From positions 40,535 through 104,534 of IMG/VR virus record IMGVR_UViG_3300037067_012456: 64,000 nt of DNA. One strand, given 5' to 3'. The DNA comes from a virus. Its lineage: Duplodnaviria; Caudoviricetes. Shown here one piece after another: positions 10,101-19,877 of the stretch. The notes below the pieces were generated by a model. It saw only the letters and a program-made list of their open reading frames with translations. It was not told the DNA's origin and made no database searches. The translations under genes and the position numbers were made by a program. How positions within the stretch are numbered: the stretch's first letter is position 1; every line of letters begins with the position of its first letter.

Positions 10101-10719
10101 CCTGAACTGCATATTCAAGACCATTTTTACTCCTTACCATATGAGGACAATTAGGATCTTTTTCAAGTTTTTCATAAAATGAAGAAGGAATTTTAATTGA
10201 GAGATTTAATCTATTAATTTTTGAAGTATCATCTTTTACTTTAATAAAATCAAGAATATTTGGATGTTCTATAGAAAGAAGAGCCATTCCAGCTCCCCTT
10301 CTTTTACCCCCTTGACGAATACTATCAAGCATTGAATTAAAGTTTTCTATGAATGCAAGAGGTCCACTAGAATTAGCACTTAGACTTAATATATTTTCTC
10401 CAGAACCACGTAATGACGAAAAATCATATCCAACACCACCACCAGATTTTGTTACTAATGCTCCCTCTTTTAGAGATTCAAAGATTTCTTCTATGGAATC
10501 TTCTATTTGCATTGGAAAACAGGAACTTAATGTTCCTTTTCTTTCAGAAGTTCCCCCATTCATAAGAGTGGGGGAAGATGGGATAAACCATTTATTTTTA
10601 ATATATTCTTTAATGGGAGGATATATATTACTAACTCGTTCTGCTAGTTGCTCCCATGTTTCTTCATTTTTTAAGAAATAACGTTCCTTAAGAAGTTTTA
10701 AAATTGCCCCTTCATTCAT
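7168..10719 (-). CDS. nrdJ: class II (adenosylcobalamin-dependent) ribonucleotide reductase with intein
   Basis: SSCF, GGGVG, NPCSE, CNLGSINL, APTGTIS, SVSK/TINM and GVTCYRDG motifs; C-terminal RPKELP and Zn-ribbon domain. Confidence 0.9.
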   Translation of the reverse strand: MNEGAILKLLKERYFLKNEETWEQLAERVSNIYPPIKEYIKNKWFIPSSPTLMNGGTSERKGTLSSCFPMQIEDSIEEIFESLKEGALVTKSGGGVGYDFSSLRGSGENILSLSANSSGPLAFIENFNSMLDSIRQGGKRRGAGMALLSIEHPNILDFIKVKDDTSKINRLNLSIKIPSSFYEKLEKDPNCPHMVRSKNGLEYAVQDKTGKTYTTKEVWDLIIKQAWKCAEPGIFNETIAHDRCTVTNLNDQVICNPCSEFTGIPYQSCNLGSINLIKMLDGSKFNWERFTELIKESTRFIDNAIDINIYPLSKIKKITLDTRPIGLGTMGLAHILFKKKIPYNSEKAIKFTEELFRYFTLISMKESIELSKEYRKEQIERDKKWECLANPAEVGAYPAFNYNLFMKANERFFTKNCRDIDIDQLKKDIKKHGIRNSCFTSQAPTGTISFIADVSSGIEPVFGLVYSRKIEKLNKEYETVYLSDPIFEEYLNENFSAEIKTKIMKEVSENNGSCQTCKDIPEEMRKVFVTAGDLKPMEHLDILESVANNVSLSVSKCVAKGTKIQTNKGIFSIEELGDASGNDVFGKAKDLKVRDINGDWKKIKKHYSGGIKPTKIIYFDNGDILECSETHKLYTKNGWIESKNLKENDYIYCRSRDYSEEFIGKQSLCVDFTNKSNSNDICLPNIMSEDLALFLGMIVSDGSLVESTGHVGITTADDLVENIFTQLCFKLFKCKKVNTIKDKRTKNTRSVYITSRKLMRYIKNLIGNGCLDKTIPKEILYGSKEEKINFINGLSLDGYIKRNTLVLYEGYSKTLVDSIFSICCELGLKPYKMKKYVKNGRISKYTYGVSINESFFTPIEKHKQIKIAGYNLIPFPKELKNIKICDIVSTNIEKYTHSHKTFNIQQKNENPLRTNNRILLDFFPNFDKDLYLIKIKKIENNENEVYDIEVEDTNSYLINNIISHNTINMPSNISPEEVSQVFLEANKRGIIGVTCYRDGCREGILTHNNDNKTLRNAPKRPKELPCEIHRVVYQGKMWIAFVGLYENKPFEVFAGAVEDVNIPKNITEGFIVKQKSSHYSFKFDDEIIVNNIMKTFANKEHDAFARSISLELRHGIPLKFIVETLNKSEGGITHFAKVIARTLKKYISDGEDAGKCQQCGSKLIYFDGCVKCSNMECGFSKCG
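7825..9051 (-). mobile_element. 409-aa intein with LAGLIDADG homing endonuclease
   Basis: Begins CVAKGT and ends VYDIEV...ISHN before Thr; LGMIVSDG and INGLSLDG blocks; splits the SVSK|TINM motif. Confidence 0.92.
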
Positions 10720-10745
10720 ATATTACCTCAATTTAAAATTATCTA

Positions 10746-11492
10746 TTAGAAATTACCAGCAAAAAGATCTGTATCCATTTCAGCTATATATACTATATGT
10801 CTATCATAAAACCTAATAATATTAAGTGTTTCTGTTCCAGTTTGTACTTCTACACTTGCATAGCGTACCCAACCATTTGGAGTTATATCTGTAATCATAC
10901 CAATATGTCTATTAATATGAGGAACAGTTATATATTCACCATTTTTCATTTTAACTTTTTTGTAACTAGAATAATCTAAAATTATATAATCTCCAGCACA
11001 AACTTCACTTGGTTTTCGTCTAATAATTTTAGTTTGTGGATTATCTCTTTTTATTTTAGTTAATCTATAAGTTAAACCAGGAATAGATGCATTTTCTAAT
11101 CTTGCACCAAATTTTGCATAAAAGCCCTTAAATGAATTTAAACAATCTATAGTTTTTGCTCGTTCGTTTTTACCATATGCCCATTTCCAACCATTATACA
11201 TAGTTGCAAATTGAATTCTTTTTTCCATTGGAGAAATTTCATTATAAAAAATATCATGATTTTTTTGAGCTTCTGATTTAGCCAAATCAAGAGAAAAAGT
11301 AAATGATATCATTGAAGAAAAAATTATAATACAAATTACTGATAAAAATACTAATAAAGTAATTGGATTATATTTAGAGCATACATTTGAAAAATATTTT
11401 TTTTCATTTTTTAGAAAAAAATTATATCTAAATTTCATAAAGTTGTAACGATCTTTAAGTTTTTTTGAAAATATTTTTATTATAATATCCAT
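10746..11492 (-). CDS. membrane-anchored NlpC/P60-like peptidase/amidase
   Basis: TM helix near residues 43-65; Y-G..IDC, GD and HIG motifs. Confidence 0.6.
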   Translation of the reverse strand: MDIIIKIFSKKLKDRYNFMKFRYNFFLKNEKKYFSNVCSKYNPITLLVFLSVICIIIFSSMISFTFSLDLAKSEAQKNHDIFYNEISPMEKRIQFATMYNGWKWAYGKNERAKTIDCLNSFKGFYAKFGARLENASIPGLTYRLTKIKRDNPQTKIIRRKPSEVCAGDYIILDYSSYKKVKMKNGEYITVPHINRHIGMITDITPNGWVRYASVEVQTGTETLNIIRFYDRHIVYIAEMDTDLFAGNF

Positions 11493-11670
11493 TTTATTAA
11501 CCCTTTTTAAAATTTTTTATGGTATATAAAAAAGAATTCCTTTTTTAGTCTTCTTTTTAATAAAACTTTTTAATAAATATACATTTTTATTAAAATATAT
11601 ATTTATCTTTTTCTATCATAAAAAATATGAATGTAGGCTTTATTTCTATAGCTGCCATTCAAGTTATTAA

Positions 11671-11699
11671 AATATATCATAATTTTTAGTACAAGTCAA
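11671..11699 (-). promoter_or_regulatory. sigma70-like promoter
   Basis: TTGACT-N17-TATATT with extended -10 TG. Confidence 0.65.
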
Positions 11700-11707
11700 T
11701 AAGAATT

Positions 11708-11887
11708 TTAATTATTATTAATAAAAATTTTATGATTTAACGTAGCTTTAATTAATTTTCTTTCGTTAGTTTTAGCAGTAATATTTGAAATTAGCCATTG
11801 TTTTTTTAATTTTCTTAATGCTTTTTTATCGGGTAAATTTAAATGTGATGCATAACGTATTAATAGTGTGGCTGTTTTACCATTCAT
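11708..11887 (-). CDS. 59-aa basic protein, not in the ORF track (MNGKTATLLIRYASH...)
   Basis: AAGGAG RBS; manual translation. Confidence 0.65.
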   Translation of the reverse strand: MNGKTATLLIRYASHLNLPDKKALRKLKKQWLISNITAKTNERKLIKATLNHKIFINNN

Positions 11888-11910
11888 ATTATTCTCCTTT
11901 AATTATCATC

Positions 11911-12192
11911 TTATCCTTTATGAATATCATTTTCCCACCCTTTTGAAATAATATAGAGACAACAATAACCCATTAAATCTACAATGGTATCTCTAAATGC
12001 AGCAGTAGTTGGATCTAAATTTTTTAGACGGAGCAGTTTATCATCCAAACGGGAGGCTATTTGTTGATAATTAGTATTTTTGCAAAAAATTCCAAGTGGA
12101 ATTATTGCGGAGTCTCCATATTGTTCATTCTTTTTTAATACAACTTTGCAAATAGTATCAAAAACTAATTTAATTTTTTCTTGTGTACTCAC
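11911..12192 (-). CDS. nucleotide modification-associated domain protein (DUF1599-like)
   Basis: KKNEQYGDS...RLDDKLLR...DTIVDLMGY pattern. Confidence 0.75.
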   Translation of the reverse strand: MSTQEKIKLVFDTICKVVLKKNEQYGDSAIIPLGIFCKNTNYQQIASRLDDKLLRLKNLDPTTAAFRDTIVDLMGYCCLYIISKGWENDIHKG

Positions 12193-12193
12193 T

Positions 12194-12985
12194 TTATACT
12201 ATCTCCATTTCCTTTTTTCGTAAATAAGAGTTTCTTCTAGATTCATTTAACTTTCTTTGGTGTTCTTCAGAACGTATCCTACCCCTTAGAGATATACTTA
12301 TTTTATTTTTAGTTTCTTCAGACATTAATTGGCCTTTATGAGATCTACTTAAATTTTCTTTCCATTCTTCAGAAAATGTAGGACGGTTTTTTCCTTTTGT
12401 TTTTTTACTTAAATTATCTTTCCATTCTTGTGTATGTAGTCTCCCTTTTGAAGCTTCCCCTATTTTCTTTCTTGATTCTATATTTTGTTTTTTTCCTCTC
12501 ATTCCAAAATTAGGATTATTTTTTATATTTTCTTTAAATTTTCTTTTGGTTTCCTCCGTGGGTTTATAACCTTTATGAGATTCACTTAATTTTAATAATG
12601 TTTCTTTTGTACGAATTTTTCCTTTATTACTTTCACCTATTTTTTTCTTATGATCTTCTGTTAATTTTGAACCTTTACGAGAAGGAGGACCGTTTCCACC
12701 TTTTGCTATATTATATACATTATTTTTATTTAAAATAAAATATTCTGAAATTATAAATTCTTCCAGTTCATTTAAATCTTCTATACAATTACATTTATCA
12801 TAAATAATCTCCCATTTAAAATTATTAATACCATATTTTAAAATGGCTTTATGAAAATACATATTATCTTGAGATCTAGCTTGATATAAATGTCCTAATT
12901 TTCTCTTTTCAAGAGATTGTGTAGTTTTACCAATATAAATTTTTTTATTTATATTATTTGTAACTTTGTATAGTATCATTGTCAT
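12194..12985 (-). CDS. GIY-YIG homing endonuclease with NUMOD3 repeats
   Basis: LYKVTN..KIYIG, YNIAKGG and repeated xxEETKxKI units. Confidence 0.9.
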   Translation of the reverse strand: MTMILYKVTNNINKKIYIGKTTQSLEKRKLGHLYQARSQDNMYFHKAILKYGINNFKWEIIYDKCNCIEDLNELEEFIISEYFILNKNNVYNIAKGGNGPPSRKGSKLTEDHKKKIGESNKGKIRTKETLLKLSESHKGYKPTEETKRKFKENIKNNPNFGMRGKKQNIESRKKIGEASKGRLHTQEWKDNLSKKTKGKNRPTFSEEWKENLSRSHKGQLMSEETKNKISISLRGRIRSEEHQRKLNESRRNSYLRKKEMEIV

Positions 12986-13464
12986 ATGTTTGAAAAAGAT
13001 GTTCTATTATATGCATCTTTTATTCTAAAAATATCATTTTCGTCGTTGATTCCGAAAGCCACATCTAAAATCATTCCATATTCTTCTTTTCCAACATATT
13101 TAGCTCTATGAATAACATATTCATGAAATCCGAACATATCTAATTTATTAGCTTCTATTGTTATTAAATTTATATCTAAAAAATTTTCAATAAGTTTAAA
13201 TTTTTTATCATCAAAATCAGACATATTTACTATATCTAATGGAATTGGCGTAGAACTATATTGAATAATAAAATTATCTGAAAGTAATAAATAAAATTGT
13301 GCTCTTTTTAGATGATATTGTAAAGATAAAGTTTCATTCTTTTTAACATATAAAATTTTAGTAGTTGATTTGACATTATCTGCATAGAGGCCATAATATC
13401 CCCAAGGTCTAATAACTTCTTCAAATTTAAATGGTTCTACATTTTCGCCTTTTTTTAATCTCAT
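12982..13464 (-). CDS. cupin, mannose-6-phosphate isomerase type II C-terminal-like
   Basis: RPWG, LSLQYH, HR and ENDIFRIKDAY motifs. Confidence 0.8.
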   Translation of the reverse strand: MRLKKGENVEPFKFEEVIRPWGYYGLYADNVKSTTKILYVKKNETLSLQYHLKRAQFYLLLSDNFIIQYSSTPIPLDIVNMSDFDDKKFKLIENFLDINLITIEANKLDMFGFHEYVIHRAKYVGKEEYGMILDVAFGINDENDIFRIKDAYNRTSFSNI

Positions 13465-14231
13465 TTTATATCTCCGCTTTTAATATAAGTTATTTTCTCA
13501 GCTGGTTTCTCAATAAAACCACCTGATTTTAAAACACTCTCCTCTAAGTAGTTAAATCTTTTTGATAAAGTATATCTTAGTTGTCTTATTAATTCAGTAT
13601 AATTTGGATCTTTTTCATATTCTAAAAGCTCTAATTGAACATCATTTATCATTTTTTCCAAAGCATCTATTTTAAAAGATAGAAAAGCATTTGCCAACCC
13701 TTCTCTACTGTTTAAAGGATATAGATTATCTCGTACAGTTTGATATGTTTTTACAATTTGTGTTTCAACTTTTCCGCATAAAAGATGTAATTGATTATAT
13801 TCAATAGTTTCTTCTTGAGACAATATTCGTGATTCTTGATAATCTCTTAATTCTTTTAATCTATCTTGTATCATTTTTAATCTTAAACCCAATGATTCAA
13901 GAACACCAGAAGCACCTGCATAAATATCCAAATTTCCTTCAAGAATAGAAGTTATAATAGCTTGAGATTCTTGAGTATTAGATTCTTTTAAATTAATAAT
14001 TTTAGAAACTGATGGAGCTAATATAAAATGACTATCAAAATGAGTTTGAAGCATATTTAGAGAAATACCTTTTAATTGACTTATATCATCTAAACTCATA
14101 TGTTGTTTTGCTCTAAGCATATTAATTTCCATATGATTAGAAAGAGTACAAATAGAACATGCTCTACTTTTTCTAGTATATCGACCATATAATTCAGAAT
14201 CATCTTCAATTAGATTTGTTATATCACTCAT
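13461..14231 (-). CDS. hypothetical protein with N-terminal CxxC...HxxxH Zn/HTH module (DNA-binding, possibly terminase small subunit-like)
   Basis: CSIC...SLDDIS...THFDSH followed by a helical region. Confidence 0.4.
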   Translation of the reverse strand: MSDITNLIEDDSELYGRYTRKSRACSICTLSNHMEINMLRAKQHMSLDDISQLKGISLNMLQTHFDSHFILAPSVSKIINLKESNTQESQAIITSILEGNLDIYAGASGVLESLGLRLKMIQDRLKELRDYQESRILSQEETIEYNQLHLLCGKVETQIVKTYQTVRDNLYPLNSREGLANAFLSFKIDALEKMINDVQLELLEYEKDPNYTELIRQLRYTLSKRFNYLEESVLKSGGFIEKPAEKITYIKSGDIK

Positions 14232-14617
14232 TTATTTATCCTTTTAGCTGTAACTATACGAATTTTATCACCTTTATATTCTTTTTGTTCTTCTGTTGAT
14301 AAAATTATTTTTGATCCATCAATAATAGGATATACATCAATATATGCAAAATCTTTTGTATTAATATCTGATATATGTTTACATAATTTAATAATATCTT
14401 GTACTGAAATGTTTTCTTTTTCCATCATATCTAAAAAATCTGATAATGTTATAAAATATTCTTCTTTATTAGCTAATATAGCTTCAAATTCAATTTCATC
14501 AATTTTTTTCTTTTTTTTATTAATATCATCTGATAATATAGATAATTCTTTTATATTTGGCAATATATTATCCTTTAGTAATTTATTACCAAATAATTTT
14601 TTTATAAATGGATTCAT
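14228..14617 (-). CDS. hypothetical protein
   Basis: ORF track; operon overlaps. Confidence 0.65.
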   Translation of the reverse strand: MNPFIKKLFGNKLLKDNILPNIKELSILSDDINKKKKKIDEIEFEAILANKEEYFITLSDFLDMMEKENISVQDIIKLCKHISDINTKDFAYIDVYPIIDGSKIILSTEEQKEYKGDKIRIVTAKRINK

Positions 14618-14618
14618 A

Positions 14619-16079
14619 TTATTCTTTTGTAATAATTAAAGTATTTTTTATTTTATCGTGTTCTAAAATTGGAAATACAGAAAATACGGTATTAAGTGTT
14701 ACATCAAATAAATCTAATAATATTAATTTTGATGCTAATGCTTGAATAATATAAATATTTTCATTAGGATTTTTATTTATTAATTCATTAGCTAATAATG
14801 TAACATGATAACAAAAATAGTATCTTAAATAATTTGATACTGTAGTTACTGATATTGGTTGTAAAGGAGTAGATAAATGATTTATAATTGAACCATTTTC
14901 AATTGTTTGAATAGTCATATCAGCATAAGTTTGTGCTTGTTCTATTTTTAATTGTTTATTAAGAGATTGAGATTTTAATGATTTTAATTTAGAATCATCC
15001 CGTAGTAATTCTGCATAAAGACTATCTTGTTTATTATCTAATAATTTAATTTGATTATCCATATCAATTAAATCATCTTCAGTAAGTTTTTCGCCAGATT
15101 TAATTTCCTTATCTATAGTATCAATAGAAATTTCAGATGTTTTTATTAATTTCAAAATATCTTGTTTTGTTTTTTCTAAAGATGTTCTATCATGTTCAAA
15201 TACAATTCTTTTATCTTTTAAAAAACTTGTATCCTCCTCAGAACCACTTCTATCTAATGCCCAAGCAAGTTCAGAATCAATATCAGTTATAATTTTATCG
15301 AGTTTTTCAAGACGATTATTATAGTCATCAATAGTAACTCTAAGCATTTCATGTTCATTTATTAATCTATTTTTCTCCGCTATTAATTCTCCTCTATTTT
15401 CTACAGATGAAAAAGATGCTTGTTTTTTATTTTTAATATTTTCTTTTTCTATTTTAATTTGTTCCATTTGATTCATATAATTTGAAACTTGTTCTTCAAG
15501 AGCTTCTATTAAAAGTTTAGAATTAGAAATGTCTTTAGTAGTAATGTTTTCTTGATCAACAAATTCTTTTGAAGAATTAATATCAAATTTCTTTTCTAGA
15601 GCTGGAAATACTCTTTTTACTGTTGGCTTAAATTCATTTATAAAAGAAAATATATTATCATATTCTTCAAATATATCTCTAACTGGGTGTGTAATAAAAA
15701 ATGTATTAAATATATTTCCAAATTTAAGAAATTGTATTTCATCAGGAACAATTGTTTCTTCATTATTACAAATAATATTATATTCTTTATCTTGATATAA
15801 AAGACCTAAAGTAACAACAACAGATTTTGGTAATGTATAATAATTACCAAATGAGTTTTTTATCAATTCAATTATATATAATGGAATTGTTTTTTCTTTT
15901 TTAAAATTAATAACAGATGTAGATGCTCCATCAGAATCCTTATCTGTATAAGTTAAATATAACCATTGAATATCATTTAATTTTGTTAATGTCTCTGATA
16001 TTTTAAAAAATACAGATTCATAAACAGAATCCTTTAATCCAGTGTGTTCACAAAAATCTTTATAAATATTCTTTTTCAT
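14619..16079 (-). CDS. long coiled-coil protein
   Basis: Central heptad-rich region; AGGAG RBS. Confidence 0.7.
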   Translation of the reverse strand: MKKNIYKDFCEHTGLKDSVYESVFFKISETLTKLNDIQWLYLTYTDKDSDGASTSVINFKKEKTIPLYIIELIKNSFGNYYTLPKSVVVTLGLLYQDKEYNIICNNEETIVPDEIQFLKFGNIFNTFFITHPVRDIFEEYDNIFSFINEFKPTVKRVFPALEKKFDINSSKEFVDQENITTKDISNSKLLIEALEEQVSNYMNQMEQIKIEKENIKNKKQASFSSVENRGELIAEKNRLINEHEMLRVTIDDYNNRLEKLDKIITDIDSELAWALDRSGSEEDTSFLKDKRIVFEHDRTSLEKTKQDILKLIKTSEISIDTIDKEIKSGEKLTEDDLIDMDNQIKLLDNKQDSLYAELLRDDSKLKSLKSQSLNKQLKIEQAQTYADMTIQTIENGSIINHLSTPLQPISVTTVSNYLRYYFCYHVTLLANELINKNPNENIYIIQALASKLILLDLFDVTLNTVFSVFPILEHDKIKNTLIITKE

Positions 16080-16090
16080 AGAAACTCCTT

Positions 16091-18187
16091 TTAATTTACT
16101 ATATAACTTTTATATTCTGAAGACATTCTAACATTTATTACATTTGGAAAACTATCAGAATCTTCTGTATGAGTTATAATTAATATTTGATTAAAATAAT
16201 TAGATATTAATGTTAATATCTTTTTTATTAATGCTCTATTTTCTTCATCTAAGGAACCAAAAGGTTCATCCATTACAATAAATTTTATATTAGATTGAGA
16301 TTGCATAGCTATTACTCTTGAAAATCCTAATCTAATTCCTATATTAACTATTGTTCTTTGTCCTCCAGATAATCTTTTATAACTTCTATATTTCCCATTT
16401 ACTTCAAAACCAATAACAATAGGTAAAGATTTTTTACTAGTATCTTCATAAATAGTAACTGAAATTTCAGGCATAATTTGATGAATTAAATCGTTAGCAA
16501 GTTCTTCTATAGAACTAATAGAAGAATTAAATAATTGTCTTGGTATTTCTGAAAAGATTTGTTGCAAAACTTCATCATATTTTTTATTTTCTCTCATTTC
16601 CTTTAATAAAATTTCATCTGAAATTTTATCATTTATAAGTATTTGTTTTTGTTCTTCTTTTTCTTTTAAAATACCCAAATTAAAATTAATCTGATCTAAT
16701 TGTTTAGTATATTTATTTAATTCAGATATATTATAATTATACTCTTGTTCGGTAATATTTATATCTTTAATTTGATTATTTAATTCTTTTATATCAAGTT
16801 CTAATGAAGATATTTTCTCTTTACTTAATTTTTGTTCGTTTTCTAATGATAGAATTTGATTAGTATTTAATGTTATTTTTGATTGTTTTAGTTCTATTGA
16901 TGCTTTTCTTTGTATTTCTTCAGAATTAATTTTATTAATTTTATCTATTGTTTCTTTTAAATTTTTATTAAATTCTAATAACTTAGATTCAAAATCTTTT
17001 AGTTCCGCTTCTTTTTCTAAAAGAATATTTTTAATAATAGCTATATTATTATTAATATTAATAATATTTTTATTTATATCTTCATTTTCTTTTTCAAGAA
17101 GTTCTATATTGACTTCTTGTTTACAAGTAGGACATTTACCAGAAATAATTTTATTTAATTGTGATTTATTATATTTTAAATCTGCTTCATAAGAATATAA
17201 TTTTTGTGTATTTATATTAATTTCTGATTTAATATTTTTTATAGTTTCAACAATAGTATTTATACTATCTTCTATATCTTTAATAAAAATATCATATTCT
17301 TTTTTATACTTTAATGATGCTGGTTCAACTAATAAATCATTTAATTCTTTTGTTAAATCATATTTATCAATATTTAATGAATAAATAGATTTTTCATTTG
17401 TTTCAAATCTTTTTATTTCAAATTCAAGAATAGATTTATTACTTTTTAATGTAGAATTTATATACTTAATTTGATTATATTTATCAATATCTTCTTTTAA
17501 TTTAAACTGTTTTTTATTTATTTCAATAATATCAGTTTGTAGTTTATCTTTATCTTTTAAGAGAGTATCTATTTTTTCTATTTCTTCAATAGCTAAACTT
17601 ATTTGAGTTTGCGTATTAAAAATTATATCATCTTCTTTTTTTATATCACTTGTTATCTCTTTTAAAACCTTTCTCCAAATTTCTAATTGAATAACTTTAT
17701 CAATATAATTTCTTCGTATACCTGGTTCTGTATTTATAAATTTATCCATACCAGATTGTTCAAAAAAATTAGATGCAGTAAGCATATTATAATCCATACC
17801 TATGGTATTAATTATAGCTGCTTGAGTGGTTTTTATATTATCTCCCAATCTATTGTTTTTATCATTATTCATATAACATTCTAAATAGGATGTTTTTTTC
17901 CTTATACCCCTTTCAACAGTATAATCTACTCCATTCAATTTGTATTTAATACGAACATACATTTCTTCAGATTCATCATTAATAAACTCTGATATAGTGT
18001 CTGCTTCACCTTCTCCAAATAAAGCATACAAAATAGACATAACTATAGAAGTTTTACCAACTCCATTAGACTTATTTAAATTACCATCAAAAGAACCTAT
18101 AATACCAGTAATACCATTATTTATAGGAATATATGTATAGTCTTTATAAGAACCATATCCTTCTAATTCAATAGAATTTATATTCAT
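16091..18187 (-). CDS. sbcC: SbcC/Rad50/gp46-like ATPase
   Basis: Walker A NGVGKTS, Q-loop FEQ, CPTC hook, LSGGQ signature, MDEPFGSLD, IITH. Confidence 0.95.
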   Translation of the reverse strand: MNINSIELEGYGSYKDYTYIPINNGITGIIGSFDGNLNKSNGVGKTSIVMSILYALFGEGEADTISEFINDESEEMYVRIKYKLNGVDYTVERGIRKKTSYLECYMNNDKNNRLGDNIKTTQAAIINTIGMDYNMLTASNFFEQSGMDKFINTEPGIRRNYIDKVIQLEIWRKVLKEITSDIKKEDDIIFNTQTQISLAIEEIEKIDTLLKDKDKLQTDIIEINKKQFKLKEDIDKYNQIKYINSTLKSNKSILEFEIKRFETNEKSIYSLNIDKYDLTKELNDLLVEPASLKYKKEYDIFIKDIEDSINTIVETIKNIKSEININTQKLYSYEADLKYNKSQLNKIISGKCPTCKQEVNIELLEKENEDINKNIININNNIAIIKNILLEKEAELKDFESKLLEFNKNLKETIDKINKINSEEIQRKASIELKQSKITLNTNQILSLENEQKLSKEKISSLELDIKELNNQIKDINITEQEYNYNISELNKYTKQLDQINFNLGILKEKEEQKQILINDKISDEILLKEMRENKKYDEVLQQIFSEIPRQLFNSSISSIEELANDLIHQIMPEISVTIYEDTSKKSLPIVIGFEVNGKYRSYKRLSGGQRTIVNIGIRLGFSRVIAMQSQSNIKFIVMDEPFGSLDEENRALIKKILTLISNYFNQILIITHTEDSDSFPNVINVRMSSEYKSYIVN

Positions 18188-19326
18188 TTAGAAACCTCAA
18201 TAACTCTTTCTAATCTCTCTAATCCTCTTTTTATTAATTTTTCTTTATCTATAGAAAAATCTCCTGTTTTTACAAAATCAATAAAAGTATCTTGATGACT
18301 TTTTTTATTATTAATAAATATATTATCTATATTTGTACTTGATGCTTTTGTTCTTTTTTTAATAGAACCAATTAAACAATTTTTTGATTTAAAAAATTTA
18401 TATAGTTCATTTGTATCTATTTTTTCATTAAAAAAATAATCAATAAAAACAACAGAATTTGATAAAATTCTCATTGTTTTTAAATGATCAATAGGTGTTA
18501 TATCATCTGGTATAGAATATTTAATAAATCTTCTTATACCAATTATTTCTTCAAATTTTATATCTCCATTATGATCAATAAGACAATATCCTTTTTTAGT
18601 ATTAATATCTGTAGCATCCATATAAGTTGGAGAACCAGAATAAACTACTTTAACAGAAGGAGATCCATATATTTGATGCATATGAATATGACCAAGTAAG
18701 AAAAGAAATTTTTTATCAGAAGAAATTGTATTTTTATCTAAAAGAGGAACACCTCTTGATAGCATTCTACCTTCAGATCCAATTTGTGAACTAATTTCTT
18801 GTAAATGAGATACTATTATTGTTTTATCAGAAGATGTTTGAATTGCTTTATTTAAAGCGTCTTCAATTAAGATATCTTTATCTTTTAAAGATTTACTAGG
18901 AATATAAGGTATAAATTTTATATTCCAATTATTCCATGATATAGATTCTATGGGATCTAATTTATCACATAAATGAATATTATTTAATTTTAAATTATTT
19001 GTATAAATAATACTGTGTGCATACATACTTGTATCATGATTTCCAGTTATAAAATAGCAGGGTTTCCCTATTGTATTTATTTTTTGAAACCACCCTATCA
19101 AAAAATTTATAATTTGCGGAGTTGGATTATTTGTATGTGTCATATCTCCACCAAATATTAACATATCTATATCTGGTTTAGATAGTCGTTCAGCAATAGC
19201 ATTTAGAGCAACCATGCTATCTTGTTCTGCAGAATAAATACCATCCTCATTCTGTATTGAATGAGATCTTAAACCCACATGAGAATCACTAAAAAATAAT
19301 ATCATTAATCTATTCTGTTTCTCCAA
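18184..19326 (-). CDS. sbcD: SbcD/Mre11/gp47-like nuclease
   Basis: SDSHVG, GGD, GNHD, GHIH and YSGSP motifs; adjacent to sbcC. Confidence 0.93.
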   Translation of the reverse strand: MEKQNRLMILFFSDSHVGLRSHSIQNEDGIYSAEQDSMVALNAIAERLSKPDIDMLIFGGDMTHTNNPTPQIINFLIGWFQKINTIGKPCYFITGNHDTSMYAHSIIYTNNLKLNNIHLCDKLDPIESISWNNWNIKFIPYIPSKSLKDKDILIEDALNKAIQTSSDKTIIVSHLQEISSQIGSEGRMLSRGVPLLDKNTISSDKKFLFLLGHIHMHQIYGSPSVKVVYSGSPTYMDATDINTKKGYCLIDHNGDIKFEEIIGIRRFIKYSIPDDITPIDHLKTMRILSNSVVFIDYFFNEKIDTNELYKFFKSKNCLIGSIKKRTKASSTNIDNIFINNKKSHQDTFIDFVKTGDFSIDKEKLIKRGLERLERVIEVSK

Positions 19327-19847
19327 TCAATTTGTTTTTTACATTTAGAACACTCTAATTGCCAAGGATCAAATATATTACCACAAGAACAAACATAATT
19401 AAAATTATAGAAATTATCATCATAAGTATCTCTAACTTTTTTATATTTTTTTGGAATACATACTTCTGATATTACAACCTCAGTTGGATTATATTTAAAA
19501 TTTTTAACAAAATTAGTAAAACTTGATATTTGTTTAAATTTATCTGGAAGATCTCCAATTTTATGTTGTTCTAATGTATATTTTGCTGCTTCTAATAATT
19601 TATTTAATCCATGTTCTTCAGACAATAAATTAGTAATATTTTGAACTCTAGATTGAAATAAATTATCTAAAGATTTAGATGCGGCTTTTTTTATTAATTT
19701 CCCATTAGAATCATAAGATGCTTGAAATTTAAATACTAATACTTTAGAATATAGATCATATATATTTCTATAATCATTTTCTCCAAAAGTATCAATACAC
19801 CATTGTTTAAATTTATTATGAATTTTTATATAAGAATCTTGTGTCAT
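19305..19847 (-). CDS. hypothetical protein with C-terminal Zn ribbon
   Basis: CSCG...CSKC. Confidence 0.7.
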   Translation of the reverse strand: MTQDSYIKIHNKFKQWCIDTFGENDYRNIYDLYSKVLVFKFQASYDSNGKLIKKAASKSLDNLFQSRVQNITNLLSEEHGLNKLLEAAKYTLEQHKIGDLPDKFKQISSFTNFVKNFKYNPTEVVISEVCIPKKYKKVRDTYDDNFYNFNYVCSCGNIFDPWQLECSKCKKQIDWRNRID

Positions 19848-19877
19848 TATTTAATATAATATTATTTATTTTAAGTG

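Noticed and set aside
8827-10979. Plus-strand ORFs opposite nrdJ and its neighbour
   Set aside because: Antisense shadows of conserved genes
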